NCBI GenBank assembly: GCA_018062815.1
Contig: JAGORM010000001.1
Coordinates: forward strand, 160,774-224,773
Source: Candidatus Levyibacteriota bacterium
Lineage (GTDB): Bacteria; Patescibacteriota; Microgenomatia; Levybacterales; GWA1-39-11
Length of the DNA stretch: 64,000 nt
Direction of reading: 5' to 3'
Below are positions 38,052 through 47,556 of the stretch, in pieces. Both the position numbers and the translations under genes were made by a program. Below the pieces are notes generated by a model. The model saw nothing but the letters and a program-made list of their open reading frames with translations, searched no databases and was not told the origin of the DNA. How positions within the stretch are numbered: the first letter of the stretch is position 1; the number at the start of each line of letters is the position of its first letter.

Positions 38052-38624
38052 ATGCAAAATATATACATTTTAATTGGGCCACCACTATCAGGGAAAGAAA
38101 CACAGGGAGAACTGTTGGAGACATCATTGGGAGGTATTCCAAGATTTTCGATGGGACATTTAATTCGTGAGGCAAGAAATAAGGATAAAAAATTTGAAGA
38201 TGCATACCAAGAATATAGTATGCGAGGGAAGCACTTGCCAAACAATATAAAATTTCCTCTTTTAGCGGATAAGATGAATAAGGCAAGTCGGTCTGGTTTT
38301 ATTCTGGATAATTTTCCCGCGTCGGCGGAGGACGTGGAGTACTTAGAGAAATATCTTGTAGGAAAAGAATTGAATATTAAAACCGTAATAGTTTTAAATA
38401 TTTCAGAAGATGAAATGAGGAAACGTTTTGAAATTGCAAGAAATAGACGTGGACGTGCTGACGATACAATTGAAAACATTCGCGATAGGCGGGAGATACA
38501 AGACGCCGATCGTATTGCAGTACTTAATCATTATAAAAACTTGGGGATAGTTAAGGTAATTAACGGAGAACAGTCTGTTGAGATGGTTCATCAAGATATA
38601 TTAAAAGAGGTTGATCGGTCATAG
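38052..38624 (+). CDS. Divergent adenylate-kinase-family paralog (possible UMP/CMP kinase or pseudo-kinase).
   Basis: Adk-like fold markers (FILDNFP, NRRGRADD LID motif). However, the P-loop is GPPLSGKETQ (versus Adk GxPGxGKGTQ), and the conserved Arg of the GFPR motif is Ala. Confidence 0.55.
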   Translation: MQNIYILIGPPLSGKETQGELLETSLGGIPRFSMGHLIREARNKDKKFEDAYQEYSMRGKHLPNNIKFPLLADKMNKASRSGFILDNFPASAEDVEYLEKYLVGKELNIKTVIVLNISEDEMRKRFEIARNRRGRADDTIENIRDRREIQDADRIAVLNHYKNLGIVKVINGEQSVEMVHQDILKEVDRS

Positions 38625-38634
38625 ATTTCTAAAA

Positions 38635-39414
38635 ATGAAAAATATTATAAAGACAAGTAATGAGATTGATATTATGGCAAAGGCAGGAAAGATGCTTGGG
38701 GTTGTTTTGGCAGAGACTTTAGAATTGATTAAACCCGGAATAACAGAATTGGAGCTTGACGAATTTGCGGATAAAAGAATAGTAGAGTTGGGTGGTTTTC
38801 CAGGATTTAAGAAGGTTGATGGGTATAAGCATGCTATTTGTGTAGCTACTAATGATATTGTGGTACACGGAATACCGAAAAAAAGAATTTTACGAGAGGG
38901 GGATATTATTGCTGTAGATGCCGGAGTATTCCTTGACGGGTTTCACTCTGATATGGCAGAAACGGTTATTGTGGGAAAAGCTAAAAACAGTAAAATTTAC
39001 ACCTTTTTAGAATCTGGGAAAAAAGCTATGTATGCAGGTATTATGCAGGCGAAGCCAGGTAATCGTGTTGGAGATATTTCAAAAGCCATACAGGAAATAG
39101 TGGAAAAGCAGGGTGGATATTCAGTGGTGCATTCCCTTGTAGGTCACGGTGTAGGAAGAGAACTTCATGAAGATCCTCAAGTTCCGGGGTATTTACGCGG
39201 GAGAATAGAGAAGACTCCGCTTCTTGTTCCGAATATGACTATTGCAGTTGAGGTAATTTACAATATGGGTAATCAAGAGGTTGAATATGAGGGATCAGAT
39301 GATTGGACAATCGCCACAAAAGATCATTCTTTGTCTGGGGTTTTTGAGAGAACAATTGTTATAACAGACGCAGGGCCAAAGCTTTTAACTCACTTTCCGG
39401 GCGAGCAACTATAG
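38635..39414 (+). CDS. map: Methionine aminopeptidase type I.
   Basis: Pita-bread fold motifs (…HGIP…DAGV…HSLVGHGVGRELHEDPQVP…). Confidence 0.92.
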   Translation: MKNIIKTSNEIDIMAKAGKMLGVVLAETLELIKPGITELELDEFADKRIVELGGFPGFKKVDGYKHAICVATNDIVVHGIPKKRILREGDIIAVDAGVFLDGFHSDMAETVIVGKAKNSKIYTFLESGKKAMYAGIMQAKPGNRVGDISKAIQEIVEKQGGYSVVHSLVGHGVGRELHEDPQVPGYLRGRIEKTPLLVPNMTIAVEVIYNMGNQEVEYEGSDDWTIATKDHSLSGVFERTIVITDAGPKLLTHFPGEQL

Positions 39415-39510
39415 CCTTGATATGAGGCTTAGTATCTGATAGAATATACTAATACTTAAGCTCTCTTAGAGGAATCTCAAGGGAGAATTTTTGAGTTTAG
39501 GGATATACGG

Positions 39511-39732
39511 ATGGCGCATCAAGGATCAATAGAAGTAGATGGAATTGTAAAAGAAGTTTTGCCCAACACTTTATTTAGGGTTGAAATAGAAGGTGGGAGG
39601 GTGGTTCTTTGTCACCTTTCAGGTAAGATGAGGATTCATTTTATAAAAATTTTACCAGGGGATAGAGTACGGATCGAAATGACGCCATACGATAAAACAA
39701 AGGGAAGAATTACTTTTAGGCATAGAAGTTAA
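39511..39732 (+). CDS. infA: Translation initiation factor IF-1.
   Basis: S1-like OB fold. …[31 protein letters not shown]…. Confidence 0.95.
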   Translation: MAHQGSIEVDGIVKEVLPNTLFRVEIEGGRVVLCHLSGKMRIHFIKILPGDRVRIEMTPYDKTKGRITFRHRS

Positions 39733-39787
39733 AAATTTACTAGCGAGTGATTAGTAAAAACTATTCACCGTTTTTCTATAAAAAAAT

Positions 39788-40180
39788 ATGAGAGTAGCAG
39801 GTGTAAATGTACCGGATGGAAAAAGAGCAGATATAGCACTTACCTATATTTATGGAGTAGGTCGTTCAAACGTGAAAAAAATTTTAGTAAAAGCTAAAAT
39901 TGACCCTGAGCGAAGAATAAACACTTTATCTGAGGAAGAGTTAACTCAAATCCAGAAAGCGCTTGATTCAATTAAAATTGAAGGAGATCTAAGGGGGGAA
40001 ATATTTGAGGATATTAAACGTCTTAAAAACATAAGTTCTTATAGAGGACTAAGACACGCAAGAAATCTTCCAGCACGAGGTCAAAGAACTCGTTCTAACG
40101 CCCGCACAAAACGTGGAAAGAGAGTTACTATTGGAGCGATTAAAAAAGAGGTTGCAGAAAAAATGGGAATTAACAAGTAG
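39788..40180 (+). CDS. rpsM: 30S ribosomal protein S13.
   Basis: MRVAGVNVPDGKRADIALTYIYGVGRS... canonical S13. Confidence 0.95.
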   Translation: MRVAGVNVPDGKRADIALTYIYGVGRSNVKKILVKAKIDPERRINTLSEEELTQIQKALDSIKIEGDLRGEIFEDIKRLKNISSYRGLRHARNLPARGQRTRSNARTKRGKRVTIGAIKKEVAEKMGINK

Positions 40181-40198
40181 GATTGAGCAATAAATAAT

Positions 40199-40597
40199 AT
40201 GGCAAAAGTACAAGCAAAAACAACAAAAACAAAAAAGAAAAAAATGGTGACAACATCATTAGGGCGCGTATATGTGAGTACCACGTTTAATAACACAATT
40301 GTTACTGTAACAAATGAAAAAGGCGATGCACTCTCATGGAGTTCATCTGGAAACATGGGTTACAAGGGGACAAGAAAATCTACTCCTTTTGCAGCGACTC
40401 AAGCAGTTGATGAGGCATTAAAACGAGCAAGAGAAGCCGGCCTTCAATCAGTTGAGGTATACATTAAAGGTCCTGGTGTTGGGCGTGATGCAGCTCTTCG
40501 TGCAGTTAGAAATTCTGGTCTTACAATATCAATGATAGCAGACGTAACACCTATTCCACACAATGGAGTAAGGGCAAAGAAAAAAAGAAGAGTTTAG
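40199..40597 (+). CDS. rpsK: 30S ribosomal protein S11.
   Basis: Canonical S11 (…GRVYVSTTFNNTIVTVT…GPGVGRDAALRA…). Confidence 0.95.
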   Translation: MAKVQAKTTKTKKKKMVTTSLGRVYVSTTFNNTIVTVTNEKGDALSWSSSGNMGYKGTRKSTPFAATQAVDEALKRAREAGLQSVEVYIKGPGVGRDAALRAVRNSGLTISMIADVTPIPHNGVRAKKKRRV

Positions 40598-40620
40598 AAA
40601 ATTATTATTAAATATTTATT

Positions 40621-41208
40621 ATGGCAAGATATACAGGACCAAAACATAGACTAGCAAGACTTGAGGGTGTAAATATTCTTGAGAAAACATCTAACTCGCT
40701 TGAGCGTAGACTAAATATTATTCCTGGAATTCATGGGAAAAAAGGGAGAAGAAAAACATCAGAGTACGGGCTACAGTTAAGGGAAAAGCAAAAACTTAAG
40801 AAAATATATGGTCTTTTGGAAAAACAGTTTAGAAATTACGTTGACCTTGCACAGAGTAAGAAGGCTAATACGGAAGATGCTTTGGTTCAACTTCTTGAGA
40901 CAAGATTAGATAATGTTGTTTATCGTTTGGGTTTTGCTAAATCTAGAAATCAGGCTCGCCAGATGGTTTCACATAAGCATGTATTTGTAAATGGAAAAAA
41001 AGTAAATATCCCTTCATACAGAGTTAAAGAAGGAGATGCTATTACTTTCTCAGCCAAAATGATTAAGCCTGCGGAAGAGGAAATGCGAGCAGTTTTACCA
41101 TTTGTAGAAAGAGAAGCAGATTCAGGTAAGCTTGCGAGGCTTCCTGAGAGCAAAGATGTGCCAAATCCAGTAGACTATCAATTGGTTATTGAATTTTACT
41201 CTAGATAG
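40621..41208 (+). CDS. rpsD: 30S ribosomal protein S4.
   Basis: MARYTGPKHRLARLEG... plus an S4 RNA-binding domain. Confidence 0.95.
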   Translation: MARYTGPKHRLARLEGVNILEKTSNSLERRLNIIPGIHGKKGRRKTSEYGLQLREKQKLKKIYGLLEKQFRNYVDLAQSKKANTEDALVQLLETRLDNVVYRLGFAKSRNQARQMVSHKHVFVNGKKVNIPSYRVKEGDAITFSAKMIKPAEEEMRAVLPFVEREADSGKLARLPESKDVPNPVDYQLVIEFYSR

Positions 41209-41295
41209 TAGTACAATAACGATTATAGAAGCCTAGCGTATGGGTTATTGCTCATATTGTGTAGGCTTTAATTCTGTCAATTTGGAGTTATTAAT

Positions 41296-42219
41296 ATGAT
41301 CAGTCCTAAATTTAAAGTTGTTGAAGAGAGTACGCAAGAGAATTATACAAGATTTGTTTTTGAGCCACTTGAACCTGGTTTTGGAAACACATTAGGAGTT
41401 GCCCTTCGTCGTGTCCTATTGACCGGTATTGAAGGATCCGCAGTAACCTCAGTAAAAATTAATGGTGTAAAACACATGTTCTCTACACTTCCTGGATTAA
41501 AAGAAGATATTATTGAGCTTATACTCAATATTAAAATGTTGAGGGTTAAAATGGCTGAGAGTAAAAAGGAAGCTAAATTAACACTTGAAGTAACAGGACC
41601 AGGAGATGTTACTGCATCAAGCATAGAAGTAGCAGATGGTATAGAAATTGTAAATGCTGATCATTATTTGGGTTCTCTTTCTGATAAAAAATCAAAACTA
41701 GAAATGGAAATGACAGTTGAACGTGGTCTTGGATACTCACTCGCTGAAGAAAGAAAAATATCTACAATTGGAGTAATCCCAATTGATGCGATTTTTTCAC
41801 CAGTTGTAAGAGTAAACTATAAAGTAGAGCAAACACGCGTAGGGCGTCAAACAAATTATGATAAGCTCGTGCTAGATGTATGGACTGATGGAACAATTGT
41901 TGCTTCAGTTGTCTTAGAGCAGGCTGCTCGTATTTTAGTTTCTTACTTTATGAGAGTATACGAACAAGATGAAGATGTTGTAGCTGAACAAATCATATCC
42001 TCACCTAAATTATCAGATGACGTAGCAAGAATGACAGTTGATGAGTTAGATTTACCTACTAGAATATATAATTCACTAAGAAATGCAGGCATAGAAACAG
42101 TTGGTCAACTTTTAACAACTCCTAAAAAAGAATTGATGAATTATAGAAACCTTGGGGCAAAATCACTCTCCGTTATTGATGAAAGCCTTAAGGAAAAAGG
42201 AATTGATTTCAACATCTAA
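41296..42219 (+). CDS. rpoA: DNA-directed RNA polymerase subunit alpha.
   Basis: N-terminal dimerisation domain (…EPLEPGFGNTLG…) and C-terminal alpha-CTD (…LDLPTRIYNSLRNAGIETVGQL…). Confidence 0.95.
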   Translation: MISPKFKVVEESTQENYTRFVFEPLEPGFGNTLGVALRRVLLTGIEGSAVTSVKINGVKHMFSTLPGLKEDIIELILNIKMLRVKMAESKKEAKLTLEVTGPGDVTASSIEVADGIEIVNADHYLGSLSDKKSKLEMEMTVERGLGYSLAEERKISTIGVIPIDAIFSPVVRVNYKVEQTRVGRQTNYDKLVLDVWTDGTIVASVVLEQAARILVSYFMRVYEQDEDVVAEQIISSPKLSDDVARMTVDELDLPTRIYNSLRNAGIETVGQLLTTPKKELMNYRNLGAKSLSVIDESLKEKGIDFNI

Positions 42220-42257
42220 GGTTCTGCTTTAAAAATTTCGGTTTGATACATATTAAT

Positions 42258-42281
42258 GCGTCTTAACCGACGCTTTTTTTA
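42258..42281 (+). terminator. Hairpin plus U-tract (GCGTC-ttaacc-GACGC then TTTTTTT) between rpoA and rplQ, 7 nt before the rplQ ATG.
   Basis: 5-bp GC-rich stem followed by a 7-T run. Confidence 0.45.
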
Positions 42282-42287
42282 TAAAAA

Positions 42288-42761
42288 ATGAGAAAAAGAG
42301 TATTTGGTAAAAAATTAAAAAGAACGACAAATCAAAGAAAAGCTCTCTTTAGATCGCTTACTCAAGCGCTTGTTTTGCATGGTAGAATAAAAACAACAGA
42401 AGCTAAGGCAAAATCAATAAAAGGAGAAATTGAAAAACTGATAACTTACGCAAAAAATAATAAAGAAAATGCGTATAATCATTTACAGCATCACGTACAC
42501 CCAAAAACGGCCGAAGGAATTATAACAATAGCACCGGTATTTGAGAATAGACCTGGAGGATACACAAGAATTATAAGAATCGGGGGAAGAAAAAAGGATA
42601 ACGCAGCAATGGTTTTATTGGAATTTGTAGAAAAGACGCAATCTGTTGTTATGCCTTCAAAGAAAACTGAAAAAAAACCAGTTGAAGAAGATACAAAAAA
42701 AGAAGATATAAAAATAAAGAAAGGAAAAGATGCAAAACCTAACAAAACCAACAAAAAGTAA
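42288..42761 (+). CDS. rplQ: 50S ribosomal protein L17 with a Lys-rich C-terminal extension.
   Basis: L17 core (…LFRSLTQALVLHGRIKTTEAKAK…), plus a ~45-aa K/E-rich tail. Confidence 0.93.
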   Translation: MRKRVFGKKLKRTTNQRKALFRSLTQALVLHGRIKTTEAKAKSIKGEIEKLITYAKNNKENAYNHLQHHVHPKTAEGIITIAPVFENRPGGYTRIIRIGGRKKDNAAMVLLEFVEKTQSVVMPSKKTEKKPVEEDTKKEDIKIKKGKDAKPNKTNKK

Positions 42762-43167
42762 AGAAATAATTCGTTCATGGCATCTTGTGGATGCGAATGG
42801 TGCAATATTAGGCAGAACAGCCACAATGATTGCGGAGTCCCTTATGGGTAAAGGAAAGTCATATTTTGCAAAAAATATGGATTGTGGAGATTATGTTGTG
42901 GTGATAAACGCAGCAACTGTTAAGGTTACTGGTAGTAAGGAAAAAAATAAAATATACACGAGATACTCAGGTTATCCAGGCGGGTTACACTCAAAGCGTT
43001 TGGAAGAAGTAAGAGAGTCTAAGCCAACTGAAATTATAAGACATGCAGTTTCAGGAATGCTTCCAAAGAACAAATTAAGAGCACAAATGTTGAAGCGACT
43101 CTATATATATAAGGACACAGAACATCCATATGAGGATAAATTAAAAGGTAAAAATAAAAATGGATAA
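42730..43167 (+). CDS. rplM: 50S ribosomal protein L13.
   Basis: …WHLVDANGAILGRTAT… canonical L13. Overlaps the rplQ 3' end. Confidence 0.94.
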   Translation: MQNLTKPTKSKEIIRSWHLVDANGAILGRTATMIAESLMGKGKSYFAKNMDCGDYVVVINAATVKVTGSKEKNKIYTRYSGYPGGLHSKRLEEVRESKPTEIIRHAVSGMLPKNKLRAQMLKRLYIYKDTEHPYEDKLKGKNKNG

Positions 43168-43621
43168 AGTAGGAACAAAAACAAAATCATCAAAAAATTA
43201 TACAAATGCGGTTGGTAGACGCAGAGAGGCTGTTGCACGTGTAAGAATTTACACTGCAGGGGGAAAGATTGAGGTTTTTGGCGAAGAGAGAGAAAGAGGA
43301 GACATAATAATAAATAAAAAGCCCGTTATGGAATACTTCTCTTTTGCATCTTCAGCGTCTAAATATAAAAAATTATTGGGCGATGCAGGTGTAGACGGAA
43401 AGTATATAATTTCCGCAAGAATTACCGGAGGAGGCCTTAATGGACAATTGGAGGCATTTGTTCATGGTGTAGCACGCGCATTAGATAAAATAGATAAAGA
43501 GAAGCATCATAAGATATTGTCAGACAACGGTTATCTTACTCGTGATCCTAGAACTCGTGAACGACGCAAGGTAGGAAACGCTGGAAAAGCACGTCGCAAG
43601 AAGCAATCACCAAAGCGTTAA
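43160..43621 (+). CDS. rpsI: 30S ribosomal protein S9.
   Basis: …GGGLNGQ…ARRKKQSPKR C-terminus typical of S9. Confidence 0.94.
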   Translation: MDKVGTKTKSSKNYTNAVGRRREAVARVRIYTAGGKIEVFGEERERGDIIINKKPVMEYFSFASSASKYKKLLGDAGVDGKYIISARITGGGLNGQLEAFVHGVARALDKIDKEKHHKILSDNGYLTRDPRTRERRKVGNAGKARRKKQSPKR

Positions 43622-43646
43622 AGATCCATTTTCATTCCCTGTAATA

Positions 43647-44117
43647 TTATTCTACGGCCTTTTTAATAACATCAAAGGAAAACCCTCGAGATTGAAGTAG
43701 TCGCATCATTTTTCCTTTGAATTGAGCTTTATCTAGGTGTGCGTAAATTCGTTTTTTTCTTTCGACAAAGGCTTTTGCCGTTAATAAATCATCCTGTGCG
43801 TTTTTTGAGACTGTATTTATAATATCCTCACTTATCCCCTTTTGTTTTAGTTCGTATGAAATAAAATACTTGCTTTTTCCTCTATATTTTTGTCTACTGT
43901 GTGCAAAACTTTTTCCATAGTCTTCATCATTTAAAAAATTTAATTCTTTAAGTCTTGTAATTGTTTGAGAAACAACACTGATCGTAAAGCCCTTTTTTAT
44001 CAAATAATCATTTATTTCCTTTATGCTTCTTGCACGTAATGCCAAGTATCGTGTGGCGCTATTAAAGGCATATTGTGGATCTTCCGGATGTTGGTTACTG
44101 AAGGGCTTCTTCTTCAT
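43647..44117 (-). CDS. recX: Recombination regulator RecX.
   Basis: Three-helix-repeat RecX-like sequence. Overlaps the recA 3' end (recA-recX operon). Confidence 0.8.
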   Translation of the reverse strand: MKKKPFSNQHPEDPQYAFNSATRYLALRARSIKEINDYLIKKGFTISVVSQTITRLKELNFLNDEDYGKSFAHSRQKYRGKSKYFISYELKQKGISEDIINTVSKNAQDDLLTAKAFVERKKRIYAHLDKAQFKGKMMRLLQSRGFSFDVIKKAVE

Positions 44118-45213
44118 TTTCCTCTTTTGTTTCCTCTATTCCTACTTCAATCATAGGTTTTTGTGATTCTGACTTTTTCATTACTTCGTCAACTATCTTT
44201 TTTGCAGTATCTTTATGTTCAGTAAGATATGCTTTCGCTGATTCTCGTCCTTGTCCTAGCATTAATTCGCCATACCGTAAGAACGCTCCAGATTTTTGAA
44301 TTACTCCTGTTTCAATTCCCACGTCTAAAATATTACCCTCACGAGAGATTCCAATACCACCCATTACGTCAAATTCAGCAACTCTAAACGGCGGGGATAC
44401 TTTATTTTTTACAACTTTAACGCGTGTTCTATTTCCGATTACTTTGTCTCCGTCCTTTAATGTTTCAATTTTTCTGACGTCAAGCCGAATTGATGCGTAA
44501 AATTTTAAGGCCATACCTCCGGTGGTTGTTTCAGGGTTGCCAAACATAACTCCAATTTTTTGTCTGAGCTGGTTAGTAAATATGACAATAGTTTTAGATT
44601 TTGAAATTGCAGCTGTAAGTTTTCTTAGGGCTTGAGACATAAGCCTTGCCTGCATTCCCATAACTGCGTCTCCCATTTCTCCTTCTATTTCTGCACGAGG
44701 AACAAGTGCTGCTACAGAGTCAATTACTATTACGTCTACTCCACCAGACCTAATAAGCTGTTCAGTAATTTCAAGTGCCTGCTCTCCTGTATCTGGTTGA
44801 GAGATAATTAGATCCTCTAGTTTTACGCCAATAGTTTGAGCCCATAATGGATCTAGCGCATGTTCAGCATCTATAAATGCTGCAATGCCTCCTATTTTTT
44901 GAGCCTCTGCAATAACTGAAAGGCAAAGGGTGGTTTTTCCTGACGCTTCAGGTCCAAATATTTCAATAATGCGTCCACGGGGAAATCCTCCCACACCAAG
45001 TGCTAGATCCAGAGCAAGTGCACCTGTTGGAATTACTTCTATTGCCATTTTTCCAGCAGAGTCACCGAATTTCATAATGGATCCTTTTCCGTACTGTCTT
45101 TGAATTTGTTCCATTGCCATGTTGATTGCTTGAAGGCGTTGAGAGGAAGATGCGGAAGCGTTTGCTGCAGTAGTTGATAATCCGTTTGTCGTGTTTGCTT
45201 TTTGTTTTGCCAT
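44095..45213 (-). CDS. recA: Recombinase RecA.
   Basis: [12 protein letters not shown] Walker A, L1/L2 loops. Start chosen at MAKQKANTT... The ORF track's upstream extension is non-RecA. Confidence 0.95.
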   Translation of the reverse strand: MAKQKANTTNGLSTTAANASASSSQRLQAINMAMEQIQRQYGKGSIMKFGDSAGKMAIEVIPTGALALDLALGVGGFPRGRIIEIFGPEASGKTTLCLSVIAEAQKIGGIAAFIDAEHALDPLWAQTIGVKLEDLIISQPDTGEQALEITEQLIRSGGVDVIVIDSVAALVPRAEIEGEMGDAVMGMQARLMSQALRKLTAAISKSKTIVIFTNQLRQKIGVMFGNPETTTGGMALKFYASIRLDVRKIETLKDGDKVIGNRTRVKVVKNKVSPPFRVAEFDVMGGIGISREGNILDVGIETGVIQKSGAFLRYGELMLGQGRESAKAYLTEHKDTAKKIVDEVMKKSESQKPMIEVGIEETKEENEEEALQ

Positions 45214-45340
45214 ATTCTTTTTACTTCTGTTCTTTTCGAGTTTTATTGTAACAACTTTCGTATTAATTTCAACCATACGCACTATATCAAAAAGTAGCAA
45301 AATATCCATTCAGGTAAAAATTTGGTAAAATCACTTGTTA

Positions 45341-45411
45341 CGGGATGTAGTATAGTGGTAGTACGCTGCGCTGGGGGTGCAGTAGTCCGCGTTCGATTCG
45401 CGGCATCCCGA
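45341..45411 (+). tRNA. tRNA-Pro (anticodon GGG).
   Basis: Manual fold: acceptor CGGGAUG/CAUCCCG, D-arm GUAU-AGUGGUA-GUAC, anticodon stem CUGCG/UGCAG with loop CU-GGG-GG (U33, G37), T-arm CCGCG-UUCGAUU-CGCGG, discriminator A. CCA is not encoded. Confidence 0.8.
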
Positions 45412-45475
45412 CTAAGAAGCAAGAAACTATAATCTAGAGCAACGTATTCATTAAGGGTTTGATATACTGAAAAAA

Positions 45476-46072
45476 ATGAATCCGCTTATTTTTATTCTTC
45501 AAAGCAATATGCAATTAATTTTAAGTATTCATATTGTGGGTGTAGTAATAGGATTTGGAGGAGCAATAATTACCGATTTACTTTTTTTAAAGTTTGCAAA
45601 AGACGGAAAGATTGTAGCAAGCGAATCTATTGTTCTCTCAACAATGTCAAAAATAATTTGGATTGGCATTTTGATAATTGTTATTTCCGGTCTTTTTATT
45701 CTGCTTTCAGATATAGAACGGTATACTCATTCGGCAAAATTTTTACTTAAAATGTTAGTAGTATGGATAATAGTTATCAACGGATTGATTTTAAACTTTG
45801 TAATAACACCAAAATTACCCAACGTGAACTTTGGGAAAATAAATCCCTCTGAGGACAAGACAAGAAACATTAGAAAATTAGTATATGTAGCCGGTGCAAT
45901 TTCGGCAACCTCATGGTGGACTGTTTTTATACTCGGGATGTTGCGATTTTCTCCCGCACCATTTTTATTTCTTCTCACCTGTTACATATTAGTCCTGACA
46001 AGTGCAGTTATTGGGAGCCTTTTAATAAATAGCTTAATTACAAAAGGTATTATTAGATTTCCTTCTTTGTAG
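45476..46072 (+). CDS. Hypothetical polytopic membrane protein.
   Basis: 198 aa with 5-6 hydrophobic helices. No motif recognised. Confidence 0.4.
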   Translation: MNPLIFILQSNMQLILSIHIVGVVIGFGGAIITDLLFLKFAKDGKIVASESIVLSTMSKIIWIGILIIVISGLFILLSDIERYTHSAKFLLKMLVVWIIVINGLILNFVITPKLPNVNFGKINPSEDKTRNIRKLVYVAGAISATSWWTVFILGMLRFSPAPFLFLLTCYILVLTSAVIGSLLINSLITKGIIRFPSL

Positions 46073-46108
46073 CGTTTAGGAAAAATTTAAATTATAATCG
46101 AGCAAGAA

Positions 46109-46501
46109 ATGAATATGAACTTAAAAAGACCAAGAGGATTTCTTCGATTCGGTGGGGGGATCATTTTTATCATTGGGTTACTCGGTATTGCCGGTCTTAT
46201 GGGTCCAAGTCCAGCTCAAAGTATTTTTCATTCTTATTGGTGGCTTGGCGAAAGAGAGAGTCTTGCGTTCTTTATTGTTGGATTGGCCTTAGTTTTTATA
46301 TCATTTGCCGCTCCTGCAATTTTGCAGAGATACATAGTAATCATATTCGGAATTTTTGAGATATTAATTGGTCTATATGTTTTTTTTGACAGAAGTATAT
46401 TTGGAATAAGCCTTGAAAATCCTTCTGATCTTGTGCTGCATTTATTTATTGGTGGGTGGGCACTGTATTCAGTATATGGAAAGAATCAAATGAAAAGATA
46501 A
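46109..46501 (+). CDS. Hypothetical membrane protein.
   Basis: 130 aa with 4 hydrophobic helices. Confidence 0.4.
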   Translation: MNMNLKRPRGFLRFGGGIIFIIGLLGIAGLMGPSPAQSIFHSYWWLGERESLAFFIVGLALVFISFAAPAILQRYIVIIFGIFEILIGLYVFFDRSIFGISLENPSDLVLHLFIGGWALYSVYGKNQMKR

Positions 46502-46840
46502 TTGAATATGAAAAACTTATTAGATAAAAAATGTGTTCCATGTGAAGGCGGATTTCCTCCTTTCACTCCAGAAGAAGCCGATAAATATAAAAAAGAAGTA
46601 TCATCAGATTGGGAAATTTTAGAAGACGGAAAGAAAATTAGAAGAAAATTTAAATTTAAAGATTTTAAAGAGGCGATGAGATTTGTGAATAAGGTTTCAG
46701 TGGTTGCAGAAGAAGAGCAACATCACCCCAACATTGAAATTTTCTATAACATTGTTAATCTTACATTATGGACCCATGCAATTGTTGGATTGTCCGAAAA
46801 CGATTTTATAATGGCTGCAAAAATTGATCAAATCCAATGA
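46502..46840 (+). CDS. phhB: Pterin-4a-carbinolamine dehydratase (PCD/DCoH).
   Basis: …EEQHHPNIEIFYNIVNLTLWTH… PCD signature. Confidence 0.8.
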   Translation: MNMKNLLDKKCVPCEGGFPPFTPEEADKYKKEVSSDWEILEDGKKIRRKFKFKDFKEAMRFVNKVSVVAEEEQHHPNIEIFYNIVNLTLWTHAIVGLSENDFIMAAKIDQIQ

Positions 46841-47553
46841 AGGCTATTGTTGTGCGTGACAAAGATAAATTAAGGATTCTTGCGACTGATAGTCTGCAAT
46901 ACCTCTTTCAAAAAAACCAAGGAAAACCGATTCTTTTCTTGACCTCTGGAGGTTCATCTTTTAGTCTTTTAAAAAATCTTAAAATTTCTCATAAGGATAA
47001 TATTACCATTGGTGTATTAGATGAGAGATATAGTCTAGATGTTCTAGTAAATAATTTTTCTCAACTAAAGGAAACAAATTTTTTCAAAAAGTATCTTAAG
47101 CAGTTTAATGGGGTGATAGACACTACTGTTAAAGAAGGAGAGTCTTTAGAAGACTTTGCGGAAAGAATAAATATAGCTTTTAAGAATTGGAAAAGAAATA
47201 ATGCTCGGGGTATAGTTGTGGCAACTATTGGAATGGGATCTGACGGGCATATTTCTGGAATCATGCCATTTCCGGAAAATGAAGTGGTATATGAAGGCTT
47301 ATTTAATAATCCAAGAAATTGGGTTGTAGGATATGATGCTGGGAATAAAAATCAATACAGGCATAGAGCAACAACAACCTTGCCTTTTTTAAGAAATGAA
47401 GTTGATTTTGCAATTTTCTATGTTACAGGTGAAGAAAAAAAACAGGCACTAGGTGTGTTTCTTGCTGATGATAGGAAGACAGATGATGTTCCCGCTCGGG
47501 TAATTCACCAAATGAAAGATGTTATTCTTTTTACAGATATAGAAATAGTGTAA
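46837..47553 (+). CDS. pgl: 6-phosphogluconolactonase (NagB/Pgl superfamily).
   Basis: TSGGSS…VLDERYS motifs and a C-terminal TGEEKKQAL. ATGA overlap with phhB. Confidence 0.6.
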   Translation: MKAIVVRDKDKLRILATDSLQYLFQKNQGKPILFLTSGGSSFSLLKNLKISHKDNITIGVLDERYSLDVLVNNFSQLKETNFFKKYLKQFNGVIDTTVKEGESLEDFAERINIAFKNWKRNNARGIVVATIGMGSDGHISGIMPFPENEVVYEGLFNNPRNWVVGYDAGNKNQYRHRATTTLPFLRNEVDFAIFYVTGEEKKQALGVFLADDRKTDDVPARVIHQMKDVILFTDIEIV

Positions 47554-47556
47554 GTT

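Noticed and set aside
45214-45309. 32-aa N-terminal extension of recA in the ORF track ([20 protein letters not shown]…).
   Set aside because: RecA homology begins at MAKQKANTT. The extension reads through the promoter/leader region.
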